64,000 nucleotides of DNA from positions 1 to 64,000 of IMG/VR virus record IMGVR_UViG_3300018916_000001. One strand, written 5' to 3'. This DNA is from a virus. The notes beneath the pieces are model-generated. The model saw only the letters and a list, made by a program, of their open reading frames with translations. It was not told where the DNA came from and made no database searches. This document shows positions 47,859 to 58,815 of this stretch, in pieces. Made by a program: the position numbers and the translations under genes. The first letter of the stretch is position 1. Every line of letters starts with the position of its first letter.

Positions 47859-50800
47859 ATGGCAACAGTATTGAAAAAGAAAAAATCTAAGAGTTCTTTA
47901 GATATTAATTATGTAGATAAATTCGTTAATAGCGTAGAGAATAAACTATACAACTTCAATCTAATGTTTTTAACTCCTTATAAGAAAGAGTTAGATAATG
48001 GAGATTCTAGTGTCTTAAACAAAATCTCTAAGAACTTTAATTTACCTACTTTAATTATTAAAAATGCTTTAGATGAGTTATGGAATCATCATTGGATATT
48101 AGGCCAGCAAGATGTATTGAGTAGTGAGAAAAATAAGAGAAGTAATTATTCTATATCGTCTAATGAGCTAATCACATTTGCTATCGACCCAAATCAAAAG
48201 ATTGTAGATTCTAGAGTAGAAAAGCGAATATTAAAAGAACAATCTATAAGAGTTGCTGCCTTACAAAAAGAATTAAATAGAAAGAATCTTAATCAATCTG
48301 ATAAAAATACTATAAAAGCTAACTTAGATTTGATTAGTAATGAACTTCAACAATTCTTAGGTAGTTTAGGTAGTAGAAATGTTACTCAAGATAAAAAGAA
48401 TAAACAATTTGCTTCTGTAGATGTTAGAGTTCGTGATTTACAAGAGACTATAAGAACTATGGAGCTTAAGTTATCAGAATCTAATGCTCCTAATCCCAAT
48501 ACTAATGGAATTGATATATTAAACTCTACTGAATTTGGTACTATCTATCAAAATAAGCGAACTCTACTGTTAGCCCAGAACTACTCTGAAGATTATAAGA
48601 AAAACGTAATTAAAAAGATTCGAGATTATTTCTCTAATAATGAAGGAGTAAGACCAAATAATAGAGAACAAAAATTATTCAATGCTTTAACTACTAGACA
48701 AGAAAATGAAAATCAAGAGTACTATCAGAAGTTATTGAAAGACCCAGATTTAAAAGGAGAAGATAGAACTGCTCTAACTGCTATTGAAGATTTTATAGAT
48801 CAGATTAAAGACAATAAAAGTCTAAACGATAAACAAATACAGAAATTTGCTACTGGAGAAAGTGGTTATGGCAACGATGCTAAAGTTAATCTTGCTACTA
48901 CTCGATTAAAGAATCAGACTGCTAAAAGTGATTTATATAAAGATTTAGCTCAACAATTAATAGATTTAATTCAACCTTATAAAGATAATAAGAAGGTTGC
49001 TAGATATAAAGAAAATATACCAAAAATTAGAAATGCAGGAGATATTAGAAATCTATTAAAAACTATAAAAGAAAGAGAAGTTAAGAATATTTTGATAGAC
49101 GGACAATATAAAGAAGGTGCATTTGATAGTAAATCTGGAAAATATAAACCAATTGAGTCTATAGAAAATACTGCTAGTAATATCTTTGGTATAAGAAGAA
49201 TCAAAAGAATAGCTGAAACAGAAATATCTCTAGCATATAACTTAGGTCGTTTAAAAAAACTAGAAGAACTTGGATATAAAAAAGTTAGAGTAACTAATGA
49301 AGCTGAAAATAGAACGAATAGAGATAGAGTATTAGCTCTACAAGAACTTCAGAAAGTAAAAGAATCTTACCGACTAAATAAAGCATATAGATTACCTAAT
49401 AGTAAGAGTTATATGCCAATTCTTTGTAACCATTGTTTAGGTAGAAAGGGTGATGAGTTTGATATTCAAACAGATAAAGTTTATGAAAGTAATGTAAATA
49501 CTCCATATAACCAAGTAGATAAGAGATATTCTTTATTTCCACCTTTTCATGTATCGTGTTGGTGTTATTTTGAAGGAGTAGAAGATAGTAGGAAAGCTGG
49601 TGTTATTAATACTAAAGTACCTCCAATTAAAGATGGACTTGTACTATCTGGTATAGGATTATTATCTGTAGCTTCTGCTTATATAGCTTTTAATGTATTA
49701 AAGAGAAATCCTGTAGCAAAGAATTTAACTCAAACAGTATTTGATAGAGCAACTGATGTTAGAAATACTTTTAATGACGCACTAAAAAGACCTAAAGTTA
49801 ATCTTCCTCTAAACTTAACACCTAAACAAATAGAAGATAGTAGAAAGATACTAGATGTTACTGATGAAGCTTTTGAACAAATAGAATCGAATACTAGAAA
49901 CTTACTAGGAGTATCAAATGTATCGAAGAAAAGTGGAGATGCTGTCTTAGATGCTATAGATAATAGTTTAGTTGGACGTTCTTATAAAACTCTTAATGAA
50001 AATGCTAAAAGTTTTAATGGAGTTCTAGATGATATTCCAGATTACGTAAGAAATCTAAAACCAGTAATTGACTCTAGAGAAAGATACTATACTCTACGAA
50101 ATATTATATATGATAAATCTGTACCTATAGAAACTAGAAAAAGTATCTATAATCAATATTTAATAGCTAGAAGAGAATACGAGAAACAAATATCTAATCA
50201 TTTAAATAGAACTAGAAATCTAAAAAGTACAGTTAATAATATACAATCTCAATTAACTCTAGATGCTAATAGACAAATATTAGGTAATATAGATAATTTT
50301 CCTCCTAATACAAATCTAGAAGATGCGTTAAATAGTGTAAGAAGTAGAAATGCTTTAACTCTTACTGATACTCAATTAAAATCTATAAGAAATAATCTTG
50401 CTACTGAACGTAAAGGTATACAAGAAAAAATTAATGTAGAGAGTAAAGTTATAGATAATACTTTAGATGGTATAGATACTAAACAAAAAGCTATAGATCT
50501 TAAAGATAGTTATAGAAATATAAGAAATCTTAGTGATTCGTATATCTCTCGAAATAAAGCTCTAGATAAAGTCATTACTAATATAGATTCTATTAAGAAA
50601 GAACTTAATAATACCACTAAACTTGGTAATACTAAAAGAAATTTACTTAACTCTAGACTTAATAGTAGTAATCCTATAGATAGACAGTATTTACTAGATA
50701 ACCAAGAAAAATATATTAAAGACGTAATTAAACAACAACAGTTAATAATTAGTGAGTTAAAGAAATTACCTAAGAATGATAGTGAGCTAGATGATTTTAT

Positions 50801-51107
50801 TAATCTCTATAGATCTGAAATACAGAATAAATATAGTAATAAATACAAATATAGTCAAAATTTATGGAGTGAAAAAGAAATAGCTAGTCTACAAAAGCAA
50901 TATGTGAAAGCTAGTGATATTGTTACAGCTAGAAATACTTATCAATCTTATCTAGAAGAAACAGAAGATATATTAGCTAAGTTAAGCAGCTTCGAGAAGA
51001 GTATAAGTGATTCGACTATTAAATTCTCTTCCTATGAAAATGATAATATAAAAGAAAAACTCTCTAAATTACCAAGTATAAGAAAAATAAAATTCTATGA
51101 GAAGTAG
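47859..51107 (+). CDS. MuF / SPP1 gp7-like head morphogenesis protein with long extensions
   Basis: RIAETEISLAYNLGR...CNHC..RKG..F...PPFHVSCWC; TM-like segment then long helical tail. Confidence 0.75.
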   Translation: MATVLKKKKSKSSLDINYVDKFVNSVENKLYNFNLMFLTPYKKELDNGDSSVLNKISKNFNLPTLIIKNALDELWNHHWILGQQDVLSSEKNKRSNYSISSNELITFAIDPNQKIVDSRVEKRILKEQSIRVAALQKELNRKNLNQSDKNTIKANLDLISNELQQFLGSLGSRNVTQDKKNKQFASVDVRVRDLQETIRTMELKLSESNAPNPNTNGIDILNSTEFGTIYQNKRTLLLAQNYSEDYKKNVIKKIRDYFSNNEGVRPNNREQKLFNALTTRQENENQEYYQKLLKDPDLKGEDRTALTAIEDFIDQIKDNKSLNDKQIQKFATGESGYGNDAKVNLATTRLKNQTAKSDLYKDLAQQLIDLIQPYKDNKKVARYKENIPKIRNAGDIRNLLKTIKEREVKNILIDGQYKEGAFDSKSGKYKPIESIENTASNIFGIRRIKRIAETEISLAYNLGRLKKLEELGYKKVRVTNEAENRTNRDRVLALQELQKVKESYRLNKAYRLPNSKSYMPILCNHCLGRKGDEFDIQTDKVYESNVNTPYNQVDKRYSLFPPFHVSCWCYFEGVEDSRKAGVINTKVPPIKDGLVLSGIGLLSVASAYIAFNVLKRNPVAKNLTQTVFDRATDVRNTFNDALKRPKVNLPLNLTPKQIEDSRKILDVTDEAFEQIESNTRNLLGVSNVSKKSGDAVLDAIDNSLVGRSYKTLNENAKSFNGVLDDIPDYVRNLKPVIDSRERYYTLRNIIYDKSVPIETRKSIYNQYLIARREYEKQISNHLNRTRNLKSTVNNIQSQLTLDANRQILGNIDNFPPNTNLEDALNSVRSRNALTLTDTQLKSIRNNLATERKGIQEKINVESKVIDNTLDGIDTKQKAIDLKDSYRNIRNLSDSYISRNKALDKVITNIDSIKKELNNTTKLGNTKRNLLNSRLNSSNPIDRQYLLDNQEKYIKDVIKQQQLIISELKKLPKNDSELDDFINLYRSEIQNKYSNKYKYSQNLWSEKEIASLQKQYVKASDIVTARNTYQSYLEETEDILAKLSSFEKSISDSTIKFSSYENDNIKEKLSKLPSIRKIKFYEK

Positions 51108-52179
51108 TCGATATATCACATTTTCAGGAAATCAAAAAGTAAAAAAAGATATTAAAGTTAAAGGTTATGTAAGAAAAGGTAAGTTTGTTAGGTCATTTAA
51201 TAGAGAACAAAATGTAAATCAAATTGCTCTTAAAGTAGCTGGTGTAAGTTTAGCTGTGTTAGGTGGTGCGTTAGGTATTGGTATTACTGGAGCTGCTGTT
51301 ACTAAATTTAGATATAACAAGAATCTAGTTGATTTCGGTAAAAAGATTGCTAATGGTACTGCTGATATTCCATCTATGAAAATTCCTGAAGGTGTTAAAA
51401 AGATAAAACCACCTTATAGAATTGATGCAGACAAAGATGACCTTACTTTTTTTATAGGAGGTATGGGTAGAGCAGAAGATGCTTTAGGAGAAAAGTTAAT
51501 GAAAACTGTTAGAGCTTCATTTAAAGCAAGAGGTAAAGATATAACTAAACGACATGAGTTAGTCCCTCTCTTTCACAATTATCAGGTTAAGAGAGATGTA
51601 AATCTAAAAGTTTTAGGAAAAGATTTAAGTGACACTCCTGTAGCAAAGATGGGTCAAGAGATATATGACGTATTTAATAAAGCTGCTATTAAAGGATATA
51701 ACGAAGACTCACTTATTATGGCGAATGAAATTTATAAATGGCACAAGCTCAATCCTACTAAACCTATCAACTTAATTACTGCTAGTGGAGGAGGTTTTCA
51801 AGGTAAAGATGTTCCTCACTTATTGAATGCTGCTGGAGTAGACCCAAAATTAATGAAAGTATTTTCTACTGCTACACCTGATTACGGTATTGTAGATGAG
51901 ATTGTTCCTACTTTAAAAGTCATGCACACTGATGATATGTATGCAAGAACTATTCCTAAGATTAAACAACTAAATTTACCATCTTTACATAGAGGAACTA
52001 CTTGGGTCGGCCCTGGAGATACACCAGAATATAGAGCAATGCTAAAGAAAGGAAATAAAATGGTTTCAGATTACGAGATGCCTGCTGCTGTTCACTTTGC
52101 TCCTGCATATTTCAATGGAGAAACTCTATCTTCTAAGAAAACTTTAAAGTTGCTTGAGAATTTTATGTTTAATGATTAA
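51097..52179 (+). CDS. putative virion protein with alpha/beta-hydrolase-like domain
   Basis: Basic N-terminus, Gly-rich hydrophobic helix, FFIGGMG, INLITASGGG nucleophile-elbow-like motif, later Asp and His. Confidence 0.5.
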   Translation: MRSSRYITFSGNQKVKKDIKVKGYVRKGKFVRSFNREQNVNQIALKVAGVSLAVLGGALGIGITGAAVTKFRYNKNLVDFGKKIANGTADIPSMKIPEGVKKIKPPYRIDADKDDLTFFIGGMGRAEDALGEKLMKTVRASFKARGKDITKRHELVPLFHNYQVKRDVNLKVLGKDLSDTPVAKMGQEIYDVFNKAAIKGYNEDSLIMANEIYKWHKLNPTKPINLITASGGGFQGKDVPHLLNAAGVDPKLMKVFSTATPDYGIVDEIVPTLKVMHTDDMYARTIPKIKQLNLPSLHRGTTWVGPGDTPEYRAMLKKGNKMVSDYEMPAAVHFAPAYFNGETLSSKKTLKLLENFMFND

Positions 52180-52398
52180 TTTAGTGATAAGTGCTATATA
52201 ACTTCTACATTCATAAATTTCTAAAGATCTTATAATACTGAAATACTGATTAATTGTTATGTCTACTTTTCCATTTTCTATTTTGGATAACTCAGCTTGA
52301 GAATACGAGAGAATCTTACCAAATTCTATTTGACTTAATTTCTTATCTTCTCTGTAATTTCTAAGTTGTCTACCAAAATTAATATTAGTCTCAAACAT
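52144..52398 (-). CDS. XRE-family HTH regulator
   Basis: LRNYREDKKLSQIEFG..L..SQAELSKIENGK. Confidence 0.85.
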   Translation of the reverse strand: MFETNINFGRQLRNYREDKKLSQIEFGKILSYSQAELSKIENGKVDITINQYFSIIRSLEIYECRSYIALITKLIIKHKILKQL

Positions 52399-52479
52399 TA
52401 TTCTCTAAACGAATCACTATAATATTAGTAATCGTAGCATAGAGATTGGTGCTATAACAAAAATATATAAGAAAGAGTT

Positions 52480-52719
52480 ATGTCAAAAAGTAAATTATTA
52501 TTACAAAAAGCTACTAGAGCTGCTGGAATGGCTGGAGCTGGAGCTGGTGCTGGGTGGGGTGTAGGTTATGCGGTTGGTGGAAATAACACTAAAGTTCCAA
52601 TGCTAGTTAAAGGTAAACTTAAAACTAAGACAAAGAAAGCCCCTACTATTCAAAGAGCTGCTGCTATTGGAGGATTATTGACTGGAGCAAGTGTAGGATT
52701 ATTAAAGAAAAAACTATGA
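52480..52719 (+). CDS. Lys-rich glycine-zipper protein
   Basis: AAGMAGAGAGAGWGVG and AAAIGGLLTG. Confidence 0.65.
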   Translation: MSKSKLLLQKATRAAGMAGAGAGAGWGVGYAVGGNNTKVPMLVKGKLKTKTKKAPTIQRAAAIGGLLTGASVGLLKKKL

Positions 52720-53651
52720 CAATTATACATTTTAATACTATACCTACTCCATTAAAAGAAGTAGAAAATGACGACCCTAACTCACTAACTAAAGAAGGAT
52801 TAATATTCTACTCTACTTTAGAAAATACTCCTCATATAGATAGTAGAAAGAAATCACATAACTTTCCACCAGATAAGATTTATCAGTTAGTAGAAAATAC
52901 TAATAAACATTTTGATATGTCTGAAGTTGGTATTCCTGTACTTACTGAACATAAAAAAGATGTAGGAAATGTTGTAGGTTTTATTGAATCTCCTGTAGAA
53001 GCTAAAGTAATAGACGAATCTTATACTAAAGGAAATCCTAAGTTAAAACATTTACTAGGAAGAGTAGGAGTATTCGTTAAAGATGTAGTTATCAAAACTC
53101 CTGAAATTATTGATAGGATGAAGAGAGGTTTAGCTAAAACAGTATCGGCAGGAATTGATTTAGATTCTTTTTCTATTAAAGAACTTTCTCTTGTTGCTTT
53201 ACCTGCTATACCTAATGCTACACTTTATAGTTATCATAAAGATAAATCAACTCCAAACATGAAAAAAATAAAAAATAAAAATCTACTAATTGCTAAAGGT
53301 GTTACTAATGAAAGTAACTATTCATTATCTATAGAAGAAGCACTTAATTCTGCTCAAACTCTAGAAGAACAAAGGGCAGAAGCTCAGAAAGTTTTTGATG
53401 CTTTTCTAGAAGTAATAGAAAATGCAAATGAAATGGACGAAGAAGAAATGGCTTCTATGGGAATTCAAGATCCTTCAGAAATTATTCAATCTGCTGTAGA
53501 AGATTTAGGAATGAGATTAACAGAAATGTTCTTAACTCCTCCTGAACCTGTAGAACCTCAAGCTCCGGTAGCTCCTATGGCAAAACCTGGTATTGGTATG
53601 AAAACTAGAACATATAAATTTTCTCCTGAATTAATTCAATTTACAAAATAA
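52716..53651 (+). CDS. prohead maturation protease
   Basis: VLTEH...VVG...VSAGID...ELSLVALPA; lies upstream of scaffold and capsid. Confidence 0.75.
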   Translation: MTIIHFNTIPTPLKEVENDDPNSLTKEGLIFYSTLENTPHIDSRKKSHNFPPDKIYQLVENTNKHFDMSEVGIPVLTEHKKDVGNVVGFIESPVEAKVIDESYTKGNPKLKHLLGRVGVFVKDVVIKTPEIIDRMKRGLAKTVSAGIDLDSFSIKELSLVALPAIPNATLYSYHKDKSTPNMKKIKNKNLLIAKGVTNESNYSLSIEEALNSAQTLEEQRAEAQKVFDAFLEVIENANEMDEEEMASMGIQDPSEIIQSAVEDLGMRLTEMFLTPPEPVEPQAPVAPMAKPGIGMKTRTYKFSPELIQFTK

Positions 53652-53652
53652 T

Positions 53653-53970
53653 ATGAAACAAAATAAATTTGCTGATTTCGCACGTATCGATCCTTCTAAA
53701 GGTCAATATGGTTACTTCCCTAATAAAAATAAAAACAAACTAGAAAACTTAGTTAGTGGTGGTAAAAGAAATATAAAAAATCTTGGTAATGCTGTTGGTG
53801 GCGCTCTTAAAAATGCAGGAAATGTTGCAGGTGGAGCGATTGGTAAAGGTGCTGGATTTGTTAAACGGAATCCTGTTAAAGCTGCTGCTGGTTTAGGTGC
53901 TTTAGCTGCTGCTGGTGGATTAGGTATGGCAGGTTATAAAGCAATGAAAGGGAATAGGAAAAAGAAATAA
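53653..53970 (+). CDS. Lys-rich glycine-zipper protein
   Basis: GNAVGGA repeats; AAAGLGALAAAGGLG. Confidence 0.65.
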   Translation: MKQNKFADFARIDPSKGQYGYFPNKNKNKLENLVSGGKRNIKNLGNAVGGALKNAGNVAGGAIGKGAGFVKRNPVKAAAGLGALAAAGGLGMAGYKAMKGNRKKK

Positions 53971-54980
53971 TGAACAAATCAAAAGAAAGACAAGAGTGTT
54001 TTAAACTTTATAATCAAATTATTGATGGATTAGAAGCTTCTTATTCTAGAGATGAAATTAACGATGCTGAATTTAGTCAACTTAAAACTAAGACACTTAC
54101 AGAATTAGAACAATCCTTAGCAGATTTAACAGATATACAATTCTCACAAAATATGAAAACAAATTACGCAAACTTTAATATGAATACTCGATTTGTTCCT
54201 GCATTAGTAGAACAGATTGAAGAAAATTATGAAACGATTGAAGATGGAATGCTTGATATTCAAGATGCCACTGATATTACAGATGATGAAGTAAAAGGCT
54301 TATTTACTGGAGAGTTAGTACCTACCGCAAAAATGGTAGATATTCTCAATGGTTTATTTGAAGCTACTTCTACTGATAATAATATGGCTTTAGGTATGCA
54401 AGTTCTAGCTGCTCTTGACCGTGGAGATTTAGATGAAGAAGATCTCTATGAAGATGGTAGCGAAGAAGAAATGGAAGAAATAGATGAAGAAGATGAAGAT
54501 AGTGACGATGATGAGGAAGATGAAGTAGAACAACCTTCTATCAAATCTAAGAAAGATTCTCGTGCTGTATATTCCGCTATTGACCCACGACTTCAAGAGT
54601 TAGAATCTAAAATTGCTGATTTTGAACTTAACTCAGAACTTAAGAATCGTCTTTCTGAAATAGCTGAATTTGCACGTCAAGGAATTAATGATGGTTGGTT
54701 ATCTAGAGCTAAACGGGATTTACTTTTAGGTTCTTTTGAACGTGAAGATGATAGAGTCGCAGCTTTCTCTCAAACAGCAGAACAGAATAATGTAGATCTT
54801 TATACTCAGCTTTATGCAGTTCAATTTGCGTTAGAAGCAGATGAAGCTTGTGGAGAACGAGTAATGTTTTCTAGATATGTTAGCGAACCTCAAACTGCTG
54901 CAAAGAAAGATGATGATGATTTAGCTCTCTTACAAATTAAGAAGATGGTAGAAAATCGTCAGTTGTTTAATAAAAATTAA
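53970..54980 (+). CDS. capsid scaffolding protein (putative)
   Basis: Acidic, helical, between protease and capsid genes. Confidence 0.6.
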   Translation: MNKSKERQECFKLYNQIIDGLEASYSRDEINDAEFSQLKTKTLTELEQSLADLTDIQFSQNMKTNYANFNMNTRFVPALVEQIEENYETIEDGMLDIQDATDITDDEVKGLFTGELVPTAKMVDILNGLFEATSTDNNMALGMQVLAALDRGDLDEEDLYEDGSEEEMEEIDEEDEDSDDDEEDEVEQPSIKSKKDSRAVYSAIDPRLQELESKIADFELNSELKNRLSEIAEFARQGINDGWLSRAKRDLLLGSFEREDDRVAAFSQTAEQNNVDLYTQLYAVQFALEADEACGERVMFSRYVSEPQTAAKKDDDDLALLQIKKMVENRQLFNKN

Positions 54981-54994
54981 TAGGTAAATAAATA

Positions 54995-55831
54995 ATGTTT
55001 GTAAGATACGGATCAACAGATTCAGAAAAAGCTATTATTGCTTATCCTCGTAATATTAGAGTTCCTTACCACGTTTATATGACTGGTAAACATATCTCAC
55101 CTAATAAAGAAGGTAGACGTGCATTAGTAGAAGGTCATTTTGTTTCTAAGAAAGATGGAGTTCATAGATTTCTTCCACGTTCTAGAGTAACTACTACTCC
55201 TAGCGGTAATCGATTTAAAGTTAAGAATCCCTATGTATTTGTACCAGGAGATACTCTATATATCATTCAGCCAATAGCAGTATTACCTGTGTCTGGTGTA
55301 GGTGAAGCTGGTATTACCATCAATAAAAATAGAACGTTTAAGTATACTCCGGTTGGTGCAGCTAATACAACTGAAGCAGCTAGTATGATTGCTTCTTATT
55401 TTAATAGTCAACCTGATATTGCAGAATTGTTAGAACTAATTCCTTCTGGAGCTAATATTTCTTTCTATTCTCCAATTAGTCAACCTCTTGTAACTTTTAC
55501 TCCTAGCGGTACTTTAGGTACTACTGAGACTACTACTGCTGTAAATACTACTCCTATCGGTACTATCCAAGCGATTGATATTGAAACTGAAGAATTTATC
55601 TTTGCTTCTAATGTCACTGCTACTTTACCTATAAATGCTGTAGTAGGAGTTCCCCAAGATGAAGTGCTAGGTATTTTTACTCACTCAGTTGATTATACTG
55701 CTGGTGGTATTACTTCTCAACATATTGGAGTAATTGATGAAGCTAAGGTCTATAAGTTAGCATTACCTCACTATGATAATTCTCTTGCTTATGAATGTCC
55801 TCGCCTTCATGTTCGAGAAGTATGGTCTTAG
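54995..55831 (+). CDS. head decoration protein (putative)
   Basis: Beta-rich, immediately upstream of the major capsid gene. Confidence 0.55.
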   Translation: MFVRYGSTDSEKAIIAYPRNIRVPYHVYMTGKHISPNKEGRRALVEGHFVSKKDGVHRFLPRSRVTTTPSGNRFKVKNPYVFVPGDTLYIIQPIAVLPVSGVGEAGITINKNRTFKYTPVGAANTTEAASMIASYFNSQPDIAELLELIPSGANISFYSPISQPLVTFTPSGTLGTTETTTAVNTTPIGTIQAIDIETEEFIFASNVTATLPINAVVGVPQDEVLGIFTHSVDYTAGGITSQHIGVIDEAKVYKLALPHYDNSLAYECPRLHVREVWS

Positions 55832-55886
55832 TAATATAAGAGAAGAAGAGAAATATATACAATTAATAAAAATTAATAAATAAAAT

Positions 55887-57053
55887 ATGTCACACGTTGC
55901 TACATTTTTCAATGAACGGTTTATCTCCAAGCAAGTAATGGCTATGGTAGATGAAACTGAACAAAATTTAATTAAAAGAAGTAAGTTAATCGACCCGTAC
56001 TTCCCTACTCAAATGTTTGATAGTAGAGACTTTGTAGGTCTATTGACTAAACGGGTTGCTCCTGCTGCATCTATCGTTGCGTATGGCGCTGAAATTCCAT
56101 TGGTTAACTTTGGTGGAATTGAACGTATGGCAGCTACATTATTCAAGTTGGGTACTTCACGTCTCTATGATGAAGAAACTCAATGGAAAATGATTGAAGC
56201 TCAAAATATGGCAATTGCTAAAGGTATTAGAGTTCAACGAGTTTATAACCCTGATGGAACCGTAACTCCTGGGGCAGATGCAGACTTGGCACGAGCTTTA
56301 TTTGGAGTAGTTGAAGATTTACTTAAAGGTATTACTGATCGGATGGATCACATGAAGTGGCAGGTAGCTTCTACTGGCGCTATTGATATGAAAGATCCTA
56401 AGACTGGTGCATTAGTACAACTAGATTTTAAAAAGCCAGGTGTAAATTACAATCACTTCCCAGCTCCTTTGACTCAAACTGGTAATACTGTCACTCCTAC
56501 TCAAAACAAATGGACTGATCATGAAAATGCTCGTGGCCTTGAGAATCTTAGTGATGCGGTAGAAACTTATTATGATACTAACGGTTATGCCCCGGATAAG
56601 ATTGTAATGAGTCGTAAGTGTTGGAGAGATTTCTTACATCAGAAGAGTACAAGAGATGCTGCCCGTCAATTGACTACTACTGAATTAGGTTTAGTCTCTG
56701 CTGATATGGGTAAAAAACTATTAGAAGCTCGTGATATTCCTGAAGTAGTCACATTTGAAGAAAAATATCAAGAACAATTACCTGATGGTTCTATAGTAGA
56801 TGTTAACTTCTTAAATAACAATCGAATTGTGTTTCTGAAGAATAATATGGGTATTAGTGCTATCGGCCCAACTATTGAGTCTGTTAAGGAAGTTGTTGGT
56901 GGTGGAGATACTAAGATTGAACCTAAATCAGGTATTTATGTTAGTACCTACGAAGAAAACAAACATCCTGTACATGACGTATCAATGGCGACTGCTACAT
57001 TTGTACCTATTGTAATGAATCCTAAGCAACTATTCTCTTGGCAGGTACGATAA
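55887..57053 (+). CDS. major capsid protein (lambda gpE-like HK97 fold)
   Basis: 388 aa; ASIVAYGAEIP, RMDHMKWQ..STG.I, PDKIVMS, ATFVP...NP pattern; high-expression codon style. Confidence 0.85.
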   Translation: MSHVATFFNERFISKQVMAMVDETEQNLIKRSKLIDPYFPTQMFDSRDFVGLLTKRVAPAASIVAYGAEIPLVNFGGIERMAATLFKLGTSRLYDEETQWKMIEAQNMAIAKGIRVQRVYNPDGTVTPGADADLARALFGVVEDLLKGITDRMDHMKWQVASTGAIDMKDPKTGALVQLDFKKPGVNYNHFPAPLTQTGNTVTPTQNKWTDHENARGLENLSDAVETYYDTNGYAPDKIVMSRKCWRDFLHQKSTRDAARQLTTTELGLVSADMGKKLLEARDIPEVVTFEEKYQEQLPDGSIVDVNFLNNNRIVFLKNNMGISAIGPTIESVKEVVGGGDTKIEPKSGIYVSTYEENKHPVHDVSMATATFVPIVMNPKQLFSWQVR

Positions 57054-57511
57054 TGAAGAAATACTTTCTTTTAAGAAATATCATTACTAAAGATGGAAAC
57101 TTACTTTTTGCTCGAACTGCTCCTTATATGGAAGGTGAGATTCCCAAAGAATTTATTAACCCGTTAAATGTACAAGTAATAGAAGATAGTCAGGCTATTG
57201 TCTATACACAAACCTCTATCGATAATGCTGTTAATCATCTCAACCCACCTAATGATGTAACTAGTTTAACTCCTAAGTTTTATGACCCAGAAAAGTTAAC
57301 TATCGTTCAAAAATTAGATATTAATACTTTGACCTTAGATCAACTTAAAGAACTTAAAGGTATTGGAGAGAAGACGGCAGTGCAATTAGTATCTAGTAGA
57401 CCTTATAAAGATTTAGCTGAATTAACTACTAAAGTTAAACCTCCTACTGGAAAAACTTGGGAAGACTTTAATTTTATGTTTAGTCAACCTCCTACTATCT
57501 CTGAAGTTTAA
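57053..57511 (+). CDS. helix-hairpin-helix protein
   Basis: LDINTLTLDQLKELKGIGEKTA..LV..RPY; start MKKYF. Confidence 0.75.
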   Translation: MKKYFLLRNIITKDGNLLFARTAPYMEGEIPKEFINPLNVQVIEDSQAIVYTQTSIDNAVNHLNPPNDVTSLTPKFYDPEKLTIVQKLDINTLTLDQLKELKGIGEKTAVQLVSSRPYKDLAELTTKVKPPTGKTWEDFNFMFSQPPTISEV

Positions 57512-57541
57512 TCATATCTCTAGTACATCTAATTAATCCTA

Positions 57542-57577
57542 AAGTATAGTTTGCTAGAGAGCTATACTTATTTTTTT
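57542..57577 (+). terminator. intrinsic terminator after the capsid operon
   Basis: aagtatagtt...agctatactt followed by a T-run. Confidence 0.6.
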
Positions 57578-57579
57578 AT

Positions 57580-58005
57580 ATGCTCATTCAATCAAAAATC
57601 ACAAGTCTTCAAGTAGTAAGAGATTGTACTAAAGAAAAACCTCAGATATATTTGAGAAATTCTAAACATTCTATAAGAGATACTATTCCTGTTGTATTAG
57701 ATATAGCGTCTAGTGAACCTATCAAGTTAAATAATATAGGATTAGCATTTAAGTTATATCATCAATTGAGTGGAATATTACTTAAGCAATATGATACTAA
57801 TAGCTTTGTGTTTCCTATAGTAGAAATGAATTCTATTAGAGCTATTCTCTATATAAATGGGATAGATATAAAAACCTTCTATCAAAATAAGAGTTTAGAG
57901 TTTCCTAATAAACTTCAAGGTATTAGCTACTCACTAGATATATCAGTTAAAACTACTCAAAATATTTCAAATTATACAGACTCAGGAGAATTTTATGTCT
58001 ATTAA
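57580..58005 (+). CDS. hypothetical virion-region protein
   Basis: 141-aa ORF. Confidence 0.6.
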   Translation: MLIQSKITSLQVVRDCTKEKPQIYLRNSKHSIRDTIPVVLDIASSEPIKLNNIGLAFKLYHQLSGILLKQYDTNSFVFPIVEMNSIRAILYINGIDIKTFYQNKSLEFPNKLQGISYSLDISVKTTQNISNYTDSGEFYVY

Positions 58006-58405
58006 GTTTATAGGGTCTGTTAATACTAGCTACAAAAGAGGTAAAGATAAGACTAAACGTAAAAGTCGAGGTTTACTAACTGCTGCTGGTTTAGGTGTTA
58101 TTGGTACAGTAGCTGGAAGTAGTTTAGCTCAAAGCGGACTAATAGTAGATAAGCTTAAAAAAGTAGGTAGCAAATCCGGCTATAAGTTCAATATACTAGA
58201 TAAGACAATGGCTCATGGTTTTGGACAATATATAGTTAAAAATATGCACGATAACCCAGAAAAATCAAAAGTAATTACGAAACAACTAAAAGTTCTTAAT
58301 AAAGCTAAATTACGTGGAGGAATTAAAGGTGCTGCAATTGGTGCTGGTATAGGTTTAGGAAGTACATATCTAATAAATAAATTAAGAAATAAGGATAAAA
58401 ATTAA
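57995..58405 (+). CDS. leader plus RGKDK glycine-zipper protein
   Basis: MSIKFIGSVNTSY-KRGKDKTKRKSR; two Gly-zipper helices. Confidence 0.7.
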   Translation: MSIKFIGSVNTSYKRGKDKTKRKSRGLLTAAGLGVIGTVAGSSLAQSGLIVDKLKKVGSKSGYKFNILDKTMAHGFGQYIVKNMHDNPEKSKVITKQLKVLNKAKLRGGIKGAAIGAGIGLGSTYLINKLRNKDKN

Positions 58406-58806
58406 TGTCTATTAAAACTACTACTTATAGAGAATGGAGAGATAATCGATTAGCAGGTTCAGTAATTCCAAGGTCAGATGATTTACCTTTAGGAGTTAAC
58501 TTAGAATCTATGGACAATCCATCTATTTTAGGAGCTGGAGTATCTATTAGTTTCACAGTATTTACTAATACTTCTACTACTAACTTTGGCGTTGGTAATT
58601 ATGGTACTTATAGTGGGTTATCTCCTATAGTTACAGAACCCAATAAAATTATCTTCAAAGGTTTAGTAGAAAAAGAAACTATTCAATCGAAGTTAGACCC
58701 AAAGCTAGATTCTTCTATTTATTTCGTTACTAAAGCAATGTTTCCAGATACAGCAGAAGTAACTATAGATGAAGGATACTTCACCAGTAAAGTAACTCTT
58801 ATTTAA
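58405..58806 (+). CDS. hypothetical virion-region protein
   Basis: 133-aa ORF. Confidence 0.6.
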   Translation: MSIKTTTYREWRDNRLAGSVIPRSDDLPLGVNLESMDNPSILGAGVSISFTVFTNTSTTNFGVGNYGTYSGLSPIVTEPNKIIFKGLVEKETIQSKLDPKLDSSIYFVTKAMFPDTAEVTIDEGYFTSKVTLI

Positions 58807-58815
58807 TTTAGATAT

